A stretch of 63,911 nucleotides of DNA, counting the filler, from Octopus bimaculoides (lineage: Eukaryota): assembly GCF_001194135.2 (NCBI RefSeq). It is 6 parts of 6 records of this genome, joined end to end, with 100 filler letters (N's around TTAATTAATTAA, not from the genome) between each part and the next. Parts side by side here need not be neighbours in the genome. Positions count along the whole stretch, not along the records: positions 1 to 31,662 come from NC_068987.1; 5 more parts are not named here. One strand, 5' to 3'. Position numbers and translations under genes: made by a program. Under the pieces are notes generated by a model. It saw nothing but the letters and a program-made list of their open reading frames with translations. It had not been told where the DNA came from and ran no database searches. Numbering within the stretch: position 1 is the stretch's first letter; the number at the start of each line of letters is the position of its first letter. Positions 12,850 through 27,099 of this stretch are shown here, one piece after another.

Positions 12850-15450
12850 ATTATTATTTTTCCAATGAGTGTGAATTGCGACCGGTGATGAGTGTGCATT
12901 GCCTTGCCTGTAACATTTCCTCACCCGCTTAATTTCCACTGCCACAGTTTCCTGTATTTGAATAGTGAAGATACTTTGACTGAGATTTTTAATTTAGGAA
13001 TTGTGCACTACACAGTCAATGCTTCTGTTATATATTTATTTCCCCATTACTGGTATAATTCTCAGGTACTGGAATGTTTCTTGCTGTTGTTTTAGCATTT
13101 ATTTCTCAAAAAACACAAAATGCTTGGGACATTTAAATAATTTCTTTCCAATATTCTGCAATTCATTACCTTAATCTCTGTTTCGTTCACTAAATATAGC
13201 AAAACGTTTAATTTTTGGAAATATTAACACCAGGTTTCTCTTGTTCTGCGATGTTTCTTTGGTACTAGAATTATAGTAATACATGCCACAACCGTCTTTA
13301 CATTTGCAGTAACTTCTGTCAGATTTTAGATGTTTTATGAGTGATAATTCATATACCGTGCAGTTGAACGAATTACAATTTTTCTCTGAGTCAAATCTAA
13401 ATTAGCATCGATTCCAATGTAGCTTAGCGTGTTTAAATGGGTTGCCTCCAGACAGGAAAAAGGAAACAAAGGGTTTCTTTTTACAATATTTCTTATCAGA
13501 AAGAAATATGTAAATTTGCAATTTTTTTCTTTTCTACTGCAACTTTAAAACTGTTCGCTGGTTAGCCATATCTTTATATGCTTACATATATCGGTTGCAT
13601 ATTGCTCTTGTCTAACGTTTCTAAAATACACGTTTGTGACAATCACTCAAGACCATTGCAATAATTAATTCGTTTTGATCTCCTACTCAACATTATTACA
13701 GTATTCACTAAGCCTAAGATAATGCAGGGGCTCGAATATTTTGCATGCTCTTCGCATAAGAGCGTATTCACCAACTTTTATGTTCTTGAAATGTTTTTAA
13801 TCTACATATTCTAACTGCGATATGATTATAGTTAAGTCTCTCAGTTACCAGCGTATTGACAGGTTGTGCGTATATACTTTCAGGTAATACTTGTTATTCG
13901 TAGTAATAGTGACATTTTCCGATCACTTAGGTGATTTTCAATTTGTTATTAAGCATTTTTCTTAGTACTTTAACTGTTGCTGCCAAATATAACAACCGGA
14001 GGTTTCCAAATTGAATATTACTTTGCACTTTTCGTTTCTATATTTCTTGCATCCATCGGAGTCTTTTTAATCGGAATTGGCCTTGCATATTTTGAACGAG
14101 TTTGTCGGTTCTTTGTCTGGTCATAAATATGGTAGGTCGATATTAAACAGATCCGATATATTGTTTATACAAACATTCCTAACTGCTTTTCATGTTATAG
14201 ATTATATGAAATTTAATGAGAGCCTTCTCTTTTCCAGTTCTCCTTGAGAAAATATTATCTACGTCACGATATATTTCTGAAGAATTTGGCTCTTTATATT
14301 GTGTTTTTAAATTTGAATATGCATTATTGGCTTCTTTAAGGATTCTTATTATGATAATTCTTATTATTATGTTCTACTTGAGAAATGTAATGTGCAACGA
14401 TAGGCACATAGGTGATTCTGAGGTCCAAAGAACATTGTTTCCTTCCGATCGAAATGAGGATTTTTTTTTTGCAATCTAAATCTATATTGCCGAGTTGCTT
14501 TTTTATGTTATTTTAATGAGTACAATGTACGTCGGTGTACGTACGCATTATGGTTGTAACGTGTCTGTCTTAGCATATGTTTTTCGTTTCTTATTTATAT
14601 TTTTAGCATGCTGCTGTTATTGGTACTGATTTCACTGACATGATTCATATCATGTAAATATTTTCACCTGAATCTATCCAGCTAATCAAAACATAAGCAT
14701 TGTGTTTCCACTCTTAAAAGTTATATTTGGAGTGTTTTCATTAATCATCCTTTCAATCTGAACCGTCATGTCTTATACACTTATATCGAGATTGATGTTA
14801 TATACAATATTGATATGGTGTCTGTGCACATATCGAAGAACCGGCAAACTGCTCAGCGGTTGCCGCTGCAAACTCCATAACAGCTGTGTATGAACCGGGA
14901 CTTGGCAGCTGCAATCATATATTGCATTGGTTGCATACTATCATGTGAGGTTAACTATTTTTTTCTTTTTTTTGTATTTAATACGCTGGGTTGATAAAAG
15001 GGTGGGGTGTTGACTGTGAAATAACGTTAGTTATTTTCTGGAAGAGGTCTTGTTTGCGGACTTCAATTAAATTAACTTCCAATTTATTATATTCAACTGG
15101 TAGTTTGTATGGATTAGTCTGCCTCATCTATAGTGTTACTTTTCTCATTTTTTTCTCATATGCCTCAGATTTGAAAATAACTTTCAATTCTCGAACCACA
15201 TAAATATGAAAAATGATATGCCTAGAATTGCCTGCTATCCATTGTCTTTCTTTAAACATTTTCAATTCTCGGCGGTGATTACGATGTCTGATGTCATGGA
15301 AGGATGTATTTTCTTATAACTAGTAGACTAAATTGCAAACATATACAAACCGTTCATCAGTTAGTCGATAGTACATTATTTTTCTCTCTTTTGAATTACA
15401 AATGATGAAATTTAACAATTGGATATGCATGGGTACCTACTGGAACCGAT
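12850..15450 (-). mobile_element. Degenerate Penelope-like element (RT + GIY-YIG)
   Basis: Minus-strand remnants of the ADKT, KxPTN..HP, FNxP and FNRNTVK motifs and of a CxxxVY GIY-YIG region, in PLE order; heavily decayed. Confidence 0.5.
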
Positions 15451-16361
15451 GTCGCATTTTTAGAAATAAAATGCGAAAAATAAAATAAAATTTCTACCGT
15501 TAGTGTGAAAAAGGGTAAAACAGATGAGTAAAAAAAATAAATTCAGTAAGCTATAACTTGAGTATTGATTACGATTTCTTGATAAAAGTATATCATTGAT
15601 ATTTTTATATATTTTTATTTAATCCTTTGATGCTGTCAGCTGAAGTCTGAATGTAAACTACGTATTTAGTGAAATATAACGCAGCTGCTTATACTGCGCA
15701 AAATCTTTTGCATATGTCAATACTATGTCTATTAAATTTGCATACATCCATAGCATTACTTCTCTATTATGTTTTCTAACCGATCGTTCACTAATGTGTT
15801 CAAGGGAAATTTCTGTAAAGTGCTTCCTAACGTAAAGATATGTAATAATAATAATTTTCTCGCTAACCTATTTTTTGTGATAGAAATCAAAGAATTATAT
15901 TACTTTTTTTTTCAATTTTAGCACATTACTAACGACACAAAAATGTAAATCTGATGAATAAAATGCTGAAAACTATACTTAGAAAATAACAAATATTAAA
16001 AGTAGACAATTGCATAAAACATTTTAGTTCCAAATACTCACCAATCATGAGTAATACTTCTCTATCTCTTTATTTTGTGTTATATAAGTTAAAACGCAAA
16101 CTAAATGCCTCTAATAATAGACAGTAACTTGTTATCGAGAAAATGGAGGCTGCGCAAATGAACACTTCAACACCATATTTCTTCCCCACTATCTTTGTCT
16201 TTCTCATTTCCTCGATATGTCTCTCTCCACACACACACACACACACGCAAACACAAACATACACACACACACACACATATTTTTATATATATATATATAT
16301 ATAATATATATTCATATTATATATACATATGTATACATGTATATTTATATATGGATGTATG

Positions 16362-16431
<70 letters not shown>

Positions 16432-16435
16432 AGTG

Positions 16436-16655
16436 TTACGGAATGGGGTAGGAAAAATCCAGGGTACACATGTTTCATAACGAGTGGAACCTCTTTGCGT
16501 CAACATGTACTCTTTGAGACAATGTAGCCTTTAATCCAATCACGTTATCCATGGCCTGAAGAGTAAACGGCGGTAAAAACCTCGCTTCGATTTTACCATT
16601 TCTGAAGTTCCAAAGAAACGTATGTAGCCCGGATTTTTTCTCCTCCATTCCGTAA
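16436..16655. mobile_element. MITE with ~41-bp imperfect terminal inverted repeats
   Basis: ttacggaatggggtaggaaaaatccagggtacacatgtttc (from 16436) vs the reverse complement of gaaacgtatgtagcccggattttttctcctccattccgtaa (ending 16655). Confidence 0.65.
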
Positions 16656-17007
16656 ATCTTGTAGTCTTTTTCGCTCATTCGGATCCCTCGTTCCCCTACC
16701 ATGAATATGTAAAGAACGTTTTTTTTTTCAACTTATCGCTCTCCAATAAACAAAAGTAACCCGTAATTTCCGTCTCAAAATGTTGCTTTATTACATTAAG
16801 TACGTATTGCTCGAAGCTAACTTTCTCCCTACACTTCGATCCATGAGCCATGAAGCTTATATTTATATATATATACATATTATTATATGGAATAATTACG
16901 ATGAAGCATTCTGTAGAATATATTGTATAAAAGTTCGTGAGTAAGGCCAAATCAATGCGAAGTATTTGCAAGGTAAATCACCAAAAAAAAAAATATATAT
17001 GAGAATA

Positions 17008-17128
17008 AATGTAGACTTACCTTGTATTCAATATTTCGGTCTATGGACGCATTTTCAAGAACCTAACGTCAATGTCTTCAAGATGGGGTCATACCTCCGA
17101 AATATTGAATACAAGGTAAGTCTACATT
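17008..17128. repeat. Perfect 32-bp inverted repeat with 57-bp spacer
   Basis: aatgtagacttaccttgtattcaatatttcgg (17008-17039) and ccgaaatattgaatacaaggtaagtctacatt (17097-17128). Confidence 0.95.
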
Positions 17129-17219
17129 AATTCACTTATTTGTTTTCTTGTGATTTACCTTGCATTTACTTCAAATTGTTTTGGCCTGATCCACGATTTT
17201 TTAAACAATATATATATAT

Positions 17220-19890
17220 ATATAAACCTGGAGGAGCAGAATTGAAACTGAGATTGAATCATTGGGAAGGGAGATATCAATATTAACTGAGCTAATCTCT
17301 GGAAATGGTGTAAGATCAAGAAATCGCAGGAAGATCGTGAGAAAATATGGACTTTCAACAAGAGAACTACTGTCAGCGAATGAAACACTTAAACAAAAAG
17401 TTCAAGCAAAAGCTCAGAGAATACGCAGATTTTCTACAAGCAAAATAAGATGATCAAATCCAATGCCAAATCATTTTACAGGGAAATAGGGAAATAAAAC
17501 ATAACCATTGAAAATTCACCCCTAATGGAAGAAGTTGAAAACTTTTAGAAAGGGATCTGAAGTGATGAGAAACCATACAATGAAAATGCAGACTGGATCA
17601 AACGCATCCAAGATGCATAGAAAAATCTACAAGAACAATATGCGAAGACGTCTTAATCGCCGACTTAAGGAGGGCACTAAGGAATGCTGTTATGTGGAAA
17701 ATCCCTGGTATTGATAGAGTACCAAATTTCTGGCTCTCAACACTCTCATGCGCACACAAAATGTTAGTAATACTATTTAACAATATTATGAAAGACCCAG
17801 ACAAGATGGAAAATTGTATTACTTACCTCCCCGCCAAAAATAACGAAACCAAAGACCCAAAAAACTACCGGTCTATAACATGTTTTTCTACTACCTATAA
17901 GATTTTGACATCTATTCTAGTGGAGAAAACATATACGTTTATGGAAGAGAATAACCTCTTTCCCACTGAACAAAAAAGGATGCAGACGAGGCTCATACAG
18001 ATGCAAAAATTAGCTCCTAATTTATCGCATGATCCTTGAAAACTGCCATAACAAGGGCAGACATCTCAGCTCTTCATGGATTGATTGACAGCATACCACA
18101 TTCGGGGATTCGGATGATTTTCGAAATTTCTATTGTGATTTCAGATTTATTTAAAGTATAATATATCATTATGGAACACGAAGCTCGAATTATATCATTC
18201 TAATGGAGTATTACGCTCAGACAATATTAGCATAAACTGTGGCATTTTCCAAGGTGACTCACTTTCACCACTAATTTTCTGCATGGCACTAATGCCACTT
18301 TCAATGAACTGAATATAACAGAGTATGTCTACGAAATTGACAGCAGGAAAATAAGGTATCTATTTTATATGGATGATTTAAAATTATATGGCAAAGCTGA
18401 TGAAGTGCTTGAAGGACTACTACATACCGTGAAATAATTCAGTGATGATATCGGGATGAAGTTTGGCTTTGAAAAGTGTGCCAAAGTCACTTTTAAGAAA
18501 CTGGTAAAGTCAACTGTAATAGAATTAGATGTCGAAACAGTAATAAAGGAACTTGAGCAGGAACAAACCTATAAATACCTAGGAATAAATGAAGGCTCTG
18601 GTATTCATCATGCAAGCATGAAAGAGAAGGTTAGGAAGGAATGTTATAGAAGAGTTCGAGCATTTCTGAAGTCTGAGCTGATTGCATATAATAAGGTATT
18701 AGCCATAGATTCCTTAGCACTCCCAGCAGTTCTTTATAGCTTCAATGTGCTTAACTGGAATACCAGTGAAATAGTCAAAATGGATAGAAAAATCCGCAAG
18801 CTACTGACTTGTAATAAGATGCACCATCCAAAGGCAGACGTGGATCGTCTTTACCTTCCCAGAGCTCAGAGAGGTTGAGGCTTGATCCAGCTTGAACTTA
18901 CGTACAAAAGCACCACAATCGGACTGGCCAAATACCTTGAAACAACCAACGATTGGATGCTGAAACTTGTGAAAAAGCATGAAAGACCGAAAAAACCTCA
19001 CTGTATTCTGAAAGAGAGCAAAAAACTCGCTGCCCACCAGACATCCACCAGATTGATCAGGTTGCAGGAAATGTGCCAACTGCTGCTGGAAAGAAAATAA
19101 AATTAATTGCAAAGACAAAAGCACATGAAAAATTAGCTAGCAGATGGGAACAGAAACCTCTGCATGGCAAGTATGTGGCCCATAGCAAACAAACTGATGT
19201 CGACCAGAAACACACGCATCAACGGTTACGAAGCTCAGGACTAAAAGCAGAGTGTGAAGGTTTCATATTAGCTGGTCAAGACCAAAGCTTATTAACCCGG
19301 AACTACCAACACAATGTCATAAAAAATGGAGCTGACCCAAAATGCCGATTCTGTAACGATGAGATTGACACTAGACCACCTAATTTCAGGGTGTAGAATG
19401 TTAGCACCTATAGAATATAAAGCAACACATGACAGAGTCGGGCAGTGTTTACACTGGACAATATGTCGGCATTATAAACTCAAATCCGCTGATAAATCCT
19501 GAAGCTGTGACTGAGGGAGAAAATGTGTCGATTCTCTGGGACTTCCCCGTATGTACCTACAAAACTATGAAAGCTAATAAACCGGATATTATTATAAAAG
19601 ATCAGACAAAGAATATAAGTTTATTAATTGACAAAAGTATTCCTTACGATCATAATATAGCGGCAAAAGAATTTGACAAGATCAGTAAATATAAAGACTT
19701 GCAAAGTGATATTGAAAAAATGTGGTTTCAAGGCGACTACCATGCCAGTGATTGTAGGATCTCTAGGAATGTTAAAAAAAGGTACCAAACCTATTTGAAA
19801 ATGATACCAGGCTTACCATCCCTACAGAAAGTGCAAACCTCGTGTTAACTGGAACGACGCATGTACTGAGAAGAGCAATACCGCTGTGAA
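17220..19890 (+). mobile_element. Near full-length pseudogenised R4/Dong-type LINE (RT, CCHC finger, REL endonuclease)
   Basis: WKIPGID, KNYRSITC, GIFQGDSLSP (from 18241), YMDDLKLY (from 18366), MKFGFEKC, YKYLGI, ADVDRLYLPR, CRFC..HD, KPDIIIKD..IDKSIP..KEFDKISKYKDL; multiple stops and frameshifts. Confidence 0.92.
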
Positions 19891-20055
19891 AACAACATCC
19901 TTTTACAACTTTATTTATTAATTAATTTTTTTAAGTACATATTTTACCTGTGAATGTGCGTGTGTAAACTGCGAATGCACCTAAGGAGCTTCTCCACCCT
20001 AGGTGTACGGAAAACACTCGGTGGGAAATGGAAGAAAATTTGAAGAAAGAAAAAA

Positions 20056-20113
<58 letters not shown>

Positions 20114-20184
20114 TGATCATAAACAAAAATACACAATTTACCACTATAATGAAATGAGATAAATTTTACCACATATATTAAAGG

Positions 20185-21450
20185 ATATTACGTCAGAGCT
20201 TCTGGGTAAACAACATTCATTGATTTCTTGTTTGGAGCATAGAAAAATAAGTCTTGCAAACTACCTTAACCTGGAGCAACCAACATAAAGGCGACCATAA
20301 GAAAAACAAGCCAGTAGATTTTATAGACTCTCCTTGAGCTTAATGAATGTACATTGCAAAGCAAAGCCACATCGGGAACTTTGTTCATTTGAACTCAAAT
20401 GGCATGCCTGTTGGTTTGATTGCAATCCTTGGAATGAAAGCCTCTTCCCCAGGGGCACATCCATTAATGATTGTAGCCTTGCTACATTAGGTGTTAATGT
20501 CTTCACAATCAATCTTATCCCACTGCATAATTTAGGAGGATCTAAATTTCGTAGAAGCATTATTAGGACGTCTACCTCCAGAAAGAGTTAAGGTAGAGGA
20601 GTTCCAGGTGGCTCAAGAGAATTAAGGAACTCTGTTGGGTATTGGACAGCTTGATTTTTATCAAGGACTAAATCAACTGATTTATACTTCTTAATGACTG
20701 TTGGAAACTTTTTCATTAATTCATGGTCAATCCTTGCTACTGTCTCATTTTTGGAGTAAGAATTGCTCTTTCACACGAGCATTTATGGGAATTATAATTA
20801 TTACTAAAGTGTGGAAATACTGGTCTTCAGTTCAGCTGAGGAATTCAGTATGATAGCAATATGAGCAAAACTGATATCACCATTCCCATCAAATGGTATT
20901 TTCTCATTTCCAAATTGGAGGAACCAGGATGAAAACTGTTTTGCACATTGGTTCCCATGTAATAAAGTTCGCACATTAGTATTGAAGGAGAATTTCAGTA
21001 CTTTATTCCATAGGTGTGGAGACTTAATGTATGCTTTTATTTCATCAGATCTGGTTCATCGCAGAATGACTGGTAATATCTGTCTGAAGTCTCATAATAA
21101 AACTAATGTAACTCCTCCGATAGATTTATTCCTACCTCTGATGTCCTGTAGGGTCTTCCTAAGAGCATCCATTGCAGTTCTCTGTCACATGGTGCATTCA
21201 TCCCAAATAATAAAGTGGCATTGGCACAACACTTCTGCTGAACCTGAATCTTTGCTTCTGTTACAAATTGGACTGTTATTCATGACTAGGTTTAGTGGTA
21301 ATTTCAAAGCAGATTGAGCTGTTCGTCCTCCTGGGACAATGATGGCAGTAAAGCCAAACAATGTTACAGCAACTGCAATCTTTTTTCTTACCTTATCTTG
21401 GAGGGAAGCAATGTTACAAACGTTTTACCTAGCCACCAGGAGTATCAAGA
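20185..21450 (-). mobile_element. Helitron Rep/helicase (PIF1-like) C-terminal fragment
   Basis: PGG..KR motif I, IAVAV...IVPGGRTAQSALKL, MLLRNLDPPKLCSGIRLIVKTLTPNV and terminal NVVYPEAL* are Helitron helicase hallmarks. Confidence 0.85.
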
Positions 21451-21544
21451 AAATTCTTGTGTTTTTTTTTCTGGCGATTGTCGAACGCCGCACGCACGCA
21501 TACATATACATACAGTATCAAACATTAGACGAAAGGGACGTGTG

Positions 21545-21631
<87 letters not shown>

Positions 21632-21929
21632 TAGATAAAGAGATAGAGAAAGAGAGAGAGAACGCCACTTACACATCACTCTCTCTGTCTCACACACACA
21701 CGCACACATACATTGAAAAAAGATGTGTGCATATGTATTTCTGTATGTACGTATACATGACAACTCACTCTTCACTCACACACACGCACATATATAAATG
21801 TATACAAACGTACATACAAAACACATGTGTGCGCGTGTAACTGAATACAACTACATAAAAAAGTTTTACGGAAATTAACGAAGTATGCGATTTCGGAACG
21901 AAATCAAACCTGGATTGTGTGTATGTGTA

Positions 21930-21982
<53 letters not shown>

Positions 21983-21987
21983 AAGAG

Positions 21988-22030
<43 letters not shown>

Positions 22031-23172
22031 GAGAGAGAGACAGACAGACAGAGAACATTGCAAACAATGCATGAGATAAATATGGAATGAAAAGGTCGTG
22101 TAAATAAGAGCACGAATATTTAAATTTATGAACTTCTGTAAAAATTTCTTTCAGTATGTTATCGNNNNNNNNNNNNNNNNNNNNNNNNNNNNNNNNNNNN
22201 NNNNNNNNNNNNNNNNNNNNNNNNNNNNNNNNNNNNNNNNNNNNNNNNNNNNNNNNNNNNNNNNNNNNNNNNNNNNNNNNNNNNNNNNNNNNNNNNNNNN
22301 NNNNNNNNNNNNNNNNNNNNNNNNNNNNNNNNNNNNNNNNNNNNNNNNNNNNNNNNNNNNNNNNNNNNNNNNNNNNNNNNNNNNNNNNNNNNNNNNNNNN
22401 NNNNNNNNNNNNNNNNNNNNNNNNNNNNNNNNNNNNNNNNNNNNNNNNNNNNNNNNNNNNNNNNNNNNNNNNNNNNNNNNNNNNNNNNNNNNNNNNNNNN
22501 NNNNNNNNNNNNNNNNNNNNNNNNNNNNNNNNNNNNNNNNNNNNNNNNNNNNNNNNNNNNNNNNNNNNNNNNNNNNNNNNNNNNNNNNNNNNNNNNNNNN
22601 NNNNNNNNNNNNNNNNNNNNNNNNNNNNNNNNNNNNNNNNNNNNNNNNNNNNNNNNNNNNNNNNNNNNNNNNNNNNNNNNNNNNNNNNNNNNNNNNNNNN
22701 NNNNNNNNNNNNNNNNNNNNNNNNNNNNNNNNNNNNNNNNNNNNNNNNNNNNNNNNNNNNNNNNNNNNNNNNNNNNNNNNNNNNNNNNNNNNNNNNNNNN
22801 NNNNNNNNNNNNNNNNNNNNNNNNNNNNNNNNNNNNNNNNNNNNNNNNNNNNNNNNNNNNNNNNNNNNNNNNNNNNNNNNNNNNNNNNNNNNNNNNNNNN
22901 NNNNNNNNNNNNNNNNNNNNNNNNNNNNNNNNNNNNNNNNNNNNNNNNNNNNNNNNNNNNNNNNNNNNNNNNNNNNNNNNNNNNNNNNNNNNNNNNNNNN
23001 TATATATATATATATATATTTAATACTGTGAAACTTAATTTAATTTTAATTTTTAATAAATTGATTACAATTGAGTTTTACCTGTAATTTTGGATGTTTA
23101 TCCCTAGTATTATTATTATATTTATTATTAGTATAATAATTATTATTATTATCATTATTATTATTATTATTA

Positions 23173-23204
<32 letters not shown>

Positions 23205-23722
23205 GTTATTATTATTATTATTATTATAGACTTAAATACAGAAATAATACATTGAATAATCTAGTTATAAGCATCATTCGTATAATTGGTTAGTTAAACA
23301 AAATACAAGCGGCGGAAGGGCGAAACAGTGCATTATATTGTCACTTCTACATGATCGGTATTTTATGGACAACTAGAACGATACAATGAATAATTTGATG
23401 TTTTAACTCAGAAAGAGAATACCCTGAGTCTGTCTACATGTGTGTGTCCATATGTGTATGTGCGTGTGTGTGTGTCTTTGTGTCTGTGTGCGTGTCAGGG
23501 TGTGAGTGTGAGTGCGAATGGGTGTGTGTGTGTGTGTGTGGCTTTGTACTGTGCATGTATGTAGATACGTATGTACGTACATATGTATGTAAGTATCTAA
23601 TGGGTACGTGTATAATCTTAAAATTTTAGCAACTGGCAGGAAATTATATTACTTTCTATACAGTATATATCACTGAATACAAACACACATTTGTTAATAT
23701 GCACATATGTGACTGGATATAA

Positions 23723-23766
<44 letters not shown>

Positions 23767-23924
23767 ATGCGAGTGTGTGAGCGAGCGTATTTATCTGTGA
23801 TTGCACGCGCGTGTGTCAGTGTGGAAATAATTTTAGTTTTATTCTCACTCTTTTTTTTAAAACATAAGCGAAAGGCAGCTGAAAAGTTCATAGGTTCACC
23901 AAGTTACTGTCATGGAATGTAGCT

Positions 23925-24860
23925 ATACGAAGTTAATTTTTCAACATAGTAACCTTTGCCGTTTACAGTCTTCTTCCATTGTTGTGGCAGTACTTGGATT
24001 CCATTGGTGAAGAAGATTTTATGCTTTTGGTTTAAAAAGTCATCAATGGCAGATATGACGCCATCATCACTGCGCTACTGGTTCCCAGCCATTTTTTTTT
24101 TCATGATGGGGAACAGATGATAGTGAGATGATATATTATCAGACGAATAGAGAGGGTGGTCAACCAGTTAAAAGCCACAGTCACACACAGCAGCCATTGA
24201 AAGCAAGTACATATGTGATGGAGCCTTGACAATATGAAACAAATCCCCTTTCGACAGTATTTCTGTGCGTTTTTAGTCTTCACAGACTTTTGTAACTGCT
24301 TCAGCAATTTGGCATAGTACTCAAGATTTATGGTGTGGACTTCCGTTATGCCAAGTTCTTTGGGAAGAATCTTCTCACCTCTTTCGCAGGATATGCTAAT
24401 AGCACAGGCTATTTGATCTAAAGTCAATCGCCAGTCATCCATCAAAATATGGTGAACAAGATAAAACTTTTCCACGGTGGTGGCAGTTGCAGGACAACCA
24501 AAACTTGGGTCATTTTCAAGTCTCTCCCTTTCCTTTCTAAATTCAGCTGCCCACTTTTGTCCAGTTGATAAACTTGGGGTGTCATGCACTTTTATAGCAG
24601 TCATGTCAGCATGAACTTCTTTGTAGGCTAAACTATTTTCTTGCAGTCCTTGGTAACACCAGGATTACAAATTTTGTTCATTTTCAAGAGTAATCGATAC
24701 TAGTTATGTTTGATGTCTTCTTAAAAAGAACCAAATGTTAGTTTACTTGTAAACGAACATTGCAGTTATTAATGTGATGAGTTGAAATTAATGCATGCAA
24801 GATTTCAAAGCTCTAGTATTAATCCACCCTTGTAGTTAGCTTATAGAGTATTCATTCCAC
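23925..24860 (-). mobile_element. Mariner (DD34D) transposase remnant
   Basis: HTH with QKWAAEFRKERERLENDPSFGCPAT..DWRLT; TINLEYYAKLLKQL; DHPLYSSD..HYHLFP resembles HPxYSPDLxPxDYxLF. Confidence 0.8.
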
Positions 24861-25439
24861 CCTCCTCCTATATTTTGTAGAATCTTGTCTCTAAATATTC
24901 TAATAAATTAAAAACAAATTTGCTCATTAGTGAAATCTCACAGATTTCACTAATGTATATACAATTTTCAAGAGTTGCATACTATACTAGTGTGTAAAGT
25001 ATGTCGGCCTACCTTCTCTTCTGACAACGCAGTTCAGTGATCTCGAAGTAAATTTACAAGGAAATGTTTCGCAATGTGTATTGTGCCTTTCTATCTACAC
25101 AATCCTCTTNNNNNNNNNNTGTGTGTGTTTTAATCATTTGCCAATATGGTCAAAGATTTTTTTAGAAAAGCAAGAAATGACAGTGAATATCAGTAATAGG
25201 GTTCAGAGAAAATATTTAAGTTGACTGCATGCTTTCTCAAACACTATAAATGTGGTAAAAAATTACTACATAGTCAGTTCCAATAATGTTATGTAGCAGA
25301 GTCAGTTCCATTAATGTTATATATCCTTACTGTGTGTCAGTGGTTGATAGAGGACCTAAGCTGTACTTTTTGTGCCAGCTTTCTAAATATTAGAGATACC
25401 AAATCTGAGCTTATTCCTACTCGCTTTCAGAGCAATCTT

Positions 25440-25737
25440 TTAGCAATCTGTATTGTTCTTGGCACTCCGTCGCTTACGACGTCGAGGGTTCCAGTTGATC
25501 CGATCAACAGAACAGCCTGCTTGTGAAATTAACGTGCAAGTGGCTGAGCACTCCACAGACACGTGTACCCTTAATGTAGTTCTCAGGAATATTCAGCGTG
25601 ACACAGTGTGACAAGGCTGACTCTTTGAATTACAGGCACAACAGAAACAGGAAGTAAGAGTGAGAGAAAGTTGTGGTGAAAGAGTACAGCAGGGTTCGCC
25701 ACCATCCCCTGCCGGAGCCTGGTGGAGATTTAGGTGT
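25440..25737 (-). mobile_element. SINE family C body fragment
   Basis: Homologous to 42190-42270 (same orientation) and 41155-41245 (opposite orientation). Confidence 0.65.
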
Positions 25738-26834
25738 NNNNNNNNNNNNNNNNNNNNNNNNNNNNNNNNNNNNNNNNNNNNNNNNNNNNNNNNNNNNNNN
25801 NNNNNNNNNNNNNNNNNNNNNNNNNNNNNNNNNNNNNNNNNNNNNNNNNNNNNNNNNNNNNNNNNNNNNNNNNNNNNNNNNNNNNNNNNNNNNNNNNNNN
25901 NNNNNNNNNNNNNNNNNNNNNNNNNNNNNNNNNNNNNNNNNNNNNNNNNNNNNNNNNNNNNNNNNNNNNNNNNNNNNNNNNNNNNNNNNNNNNNNNNNNN
26001 NNNNNNNNNNNNAAGTGATACATCTGCGAAAATATTTTCTGTACAACCTATACAGAAAATAATATTAAACTAATTGATGCATTTAACTTATAGCGTATAA
26101 AGTTTCTGAAATTAAAATGAATTGCCTCAAACAGAAATAATTTCTCAGATGAGAAATTATTAACCTAAATTTTTATTTTTTACTAATGTTACATCAAATC
26201 AATAATTACGAAACTTTAAAATCATTTCAATCTGAGAAGAGGATTGTGTAGATAGAAAGGCACAATACACATTGCGAAACATTTCCATAGAGGTAGCTAA
26301 TGGCTCAGCTCGTTAAGTTTCACGTAACCTCTGCTGAGTTAAATTAAAAGCATTTACTACATGTATTTATTATAATATCCTCAAGTAACAATTACTAAAA
26401 GTAATTCCGGAAATCTTGCCATATATCTTGATGTTTATTATGTAAATAGTTGCTAGTGAGCGTTGCGTTGTATCTTGATATGTATTATACACATGCGTGT
26501 TTGCGTACGAGATGTTATGCGTCTATGAATATAGGTATGCATCTTCAGATCTGACCTAATATCTTTGCATGAGAGAATGTAAATTATTGAACATACTGAA
26601 CATACATGCATACCTAGGTACGTACATACATACATGCATACATACATACATGCATACATACATACATGCATACATACATACACGCATGCATATATCCATT
26701 CATACATGCATACACAAACAAGCACACGTATATAGGTATAGGATTCTTAAAACAAAAAGTATGAATAAAAATTAATGTAAGGACATATATGTATGTATGT
26801 GTACACTTATCTCTCTCTCCCCCTCTCTCTCTGT

Positions 26835-26872
<38 letters not shown>

Positions 26873-27099
26873 AAATAAAGAAATATCACATACTTTACAT
26901 AGTTTTATTTTTTTTTTTAATATATTCTATATGACATTGAAATTATTGTAATTTCGTATTTTCCTAGGATGAAAATAGTCCATGCTGTGTGTGGAGAGGT
27001 TTTTTGAATGAATGATTTAAGAGGTAGAAAAATCTAAGGGGAGGTCATTATTATTGGGGACAGTGAAGGTTATTATTCATCTTTCGGAGAATGGATAAA

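Noticed and set aside
16475-16702. Minus-strand 75-aa ORF suggesting a tyrosine recombinase fragment
   Set aside because: Lies almost entirely in a TIR-bounded MITE; no convincing catalytic motif.
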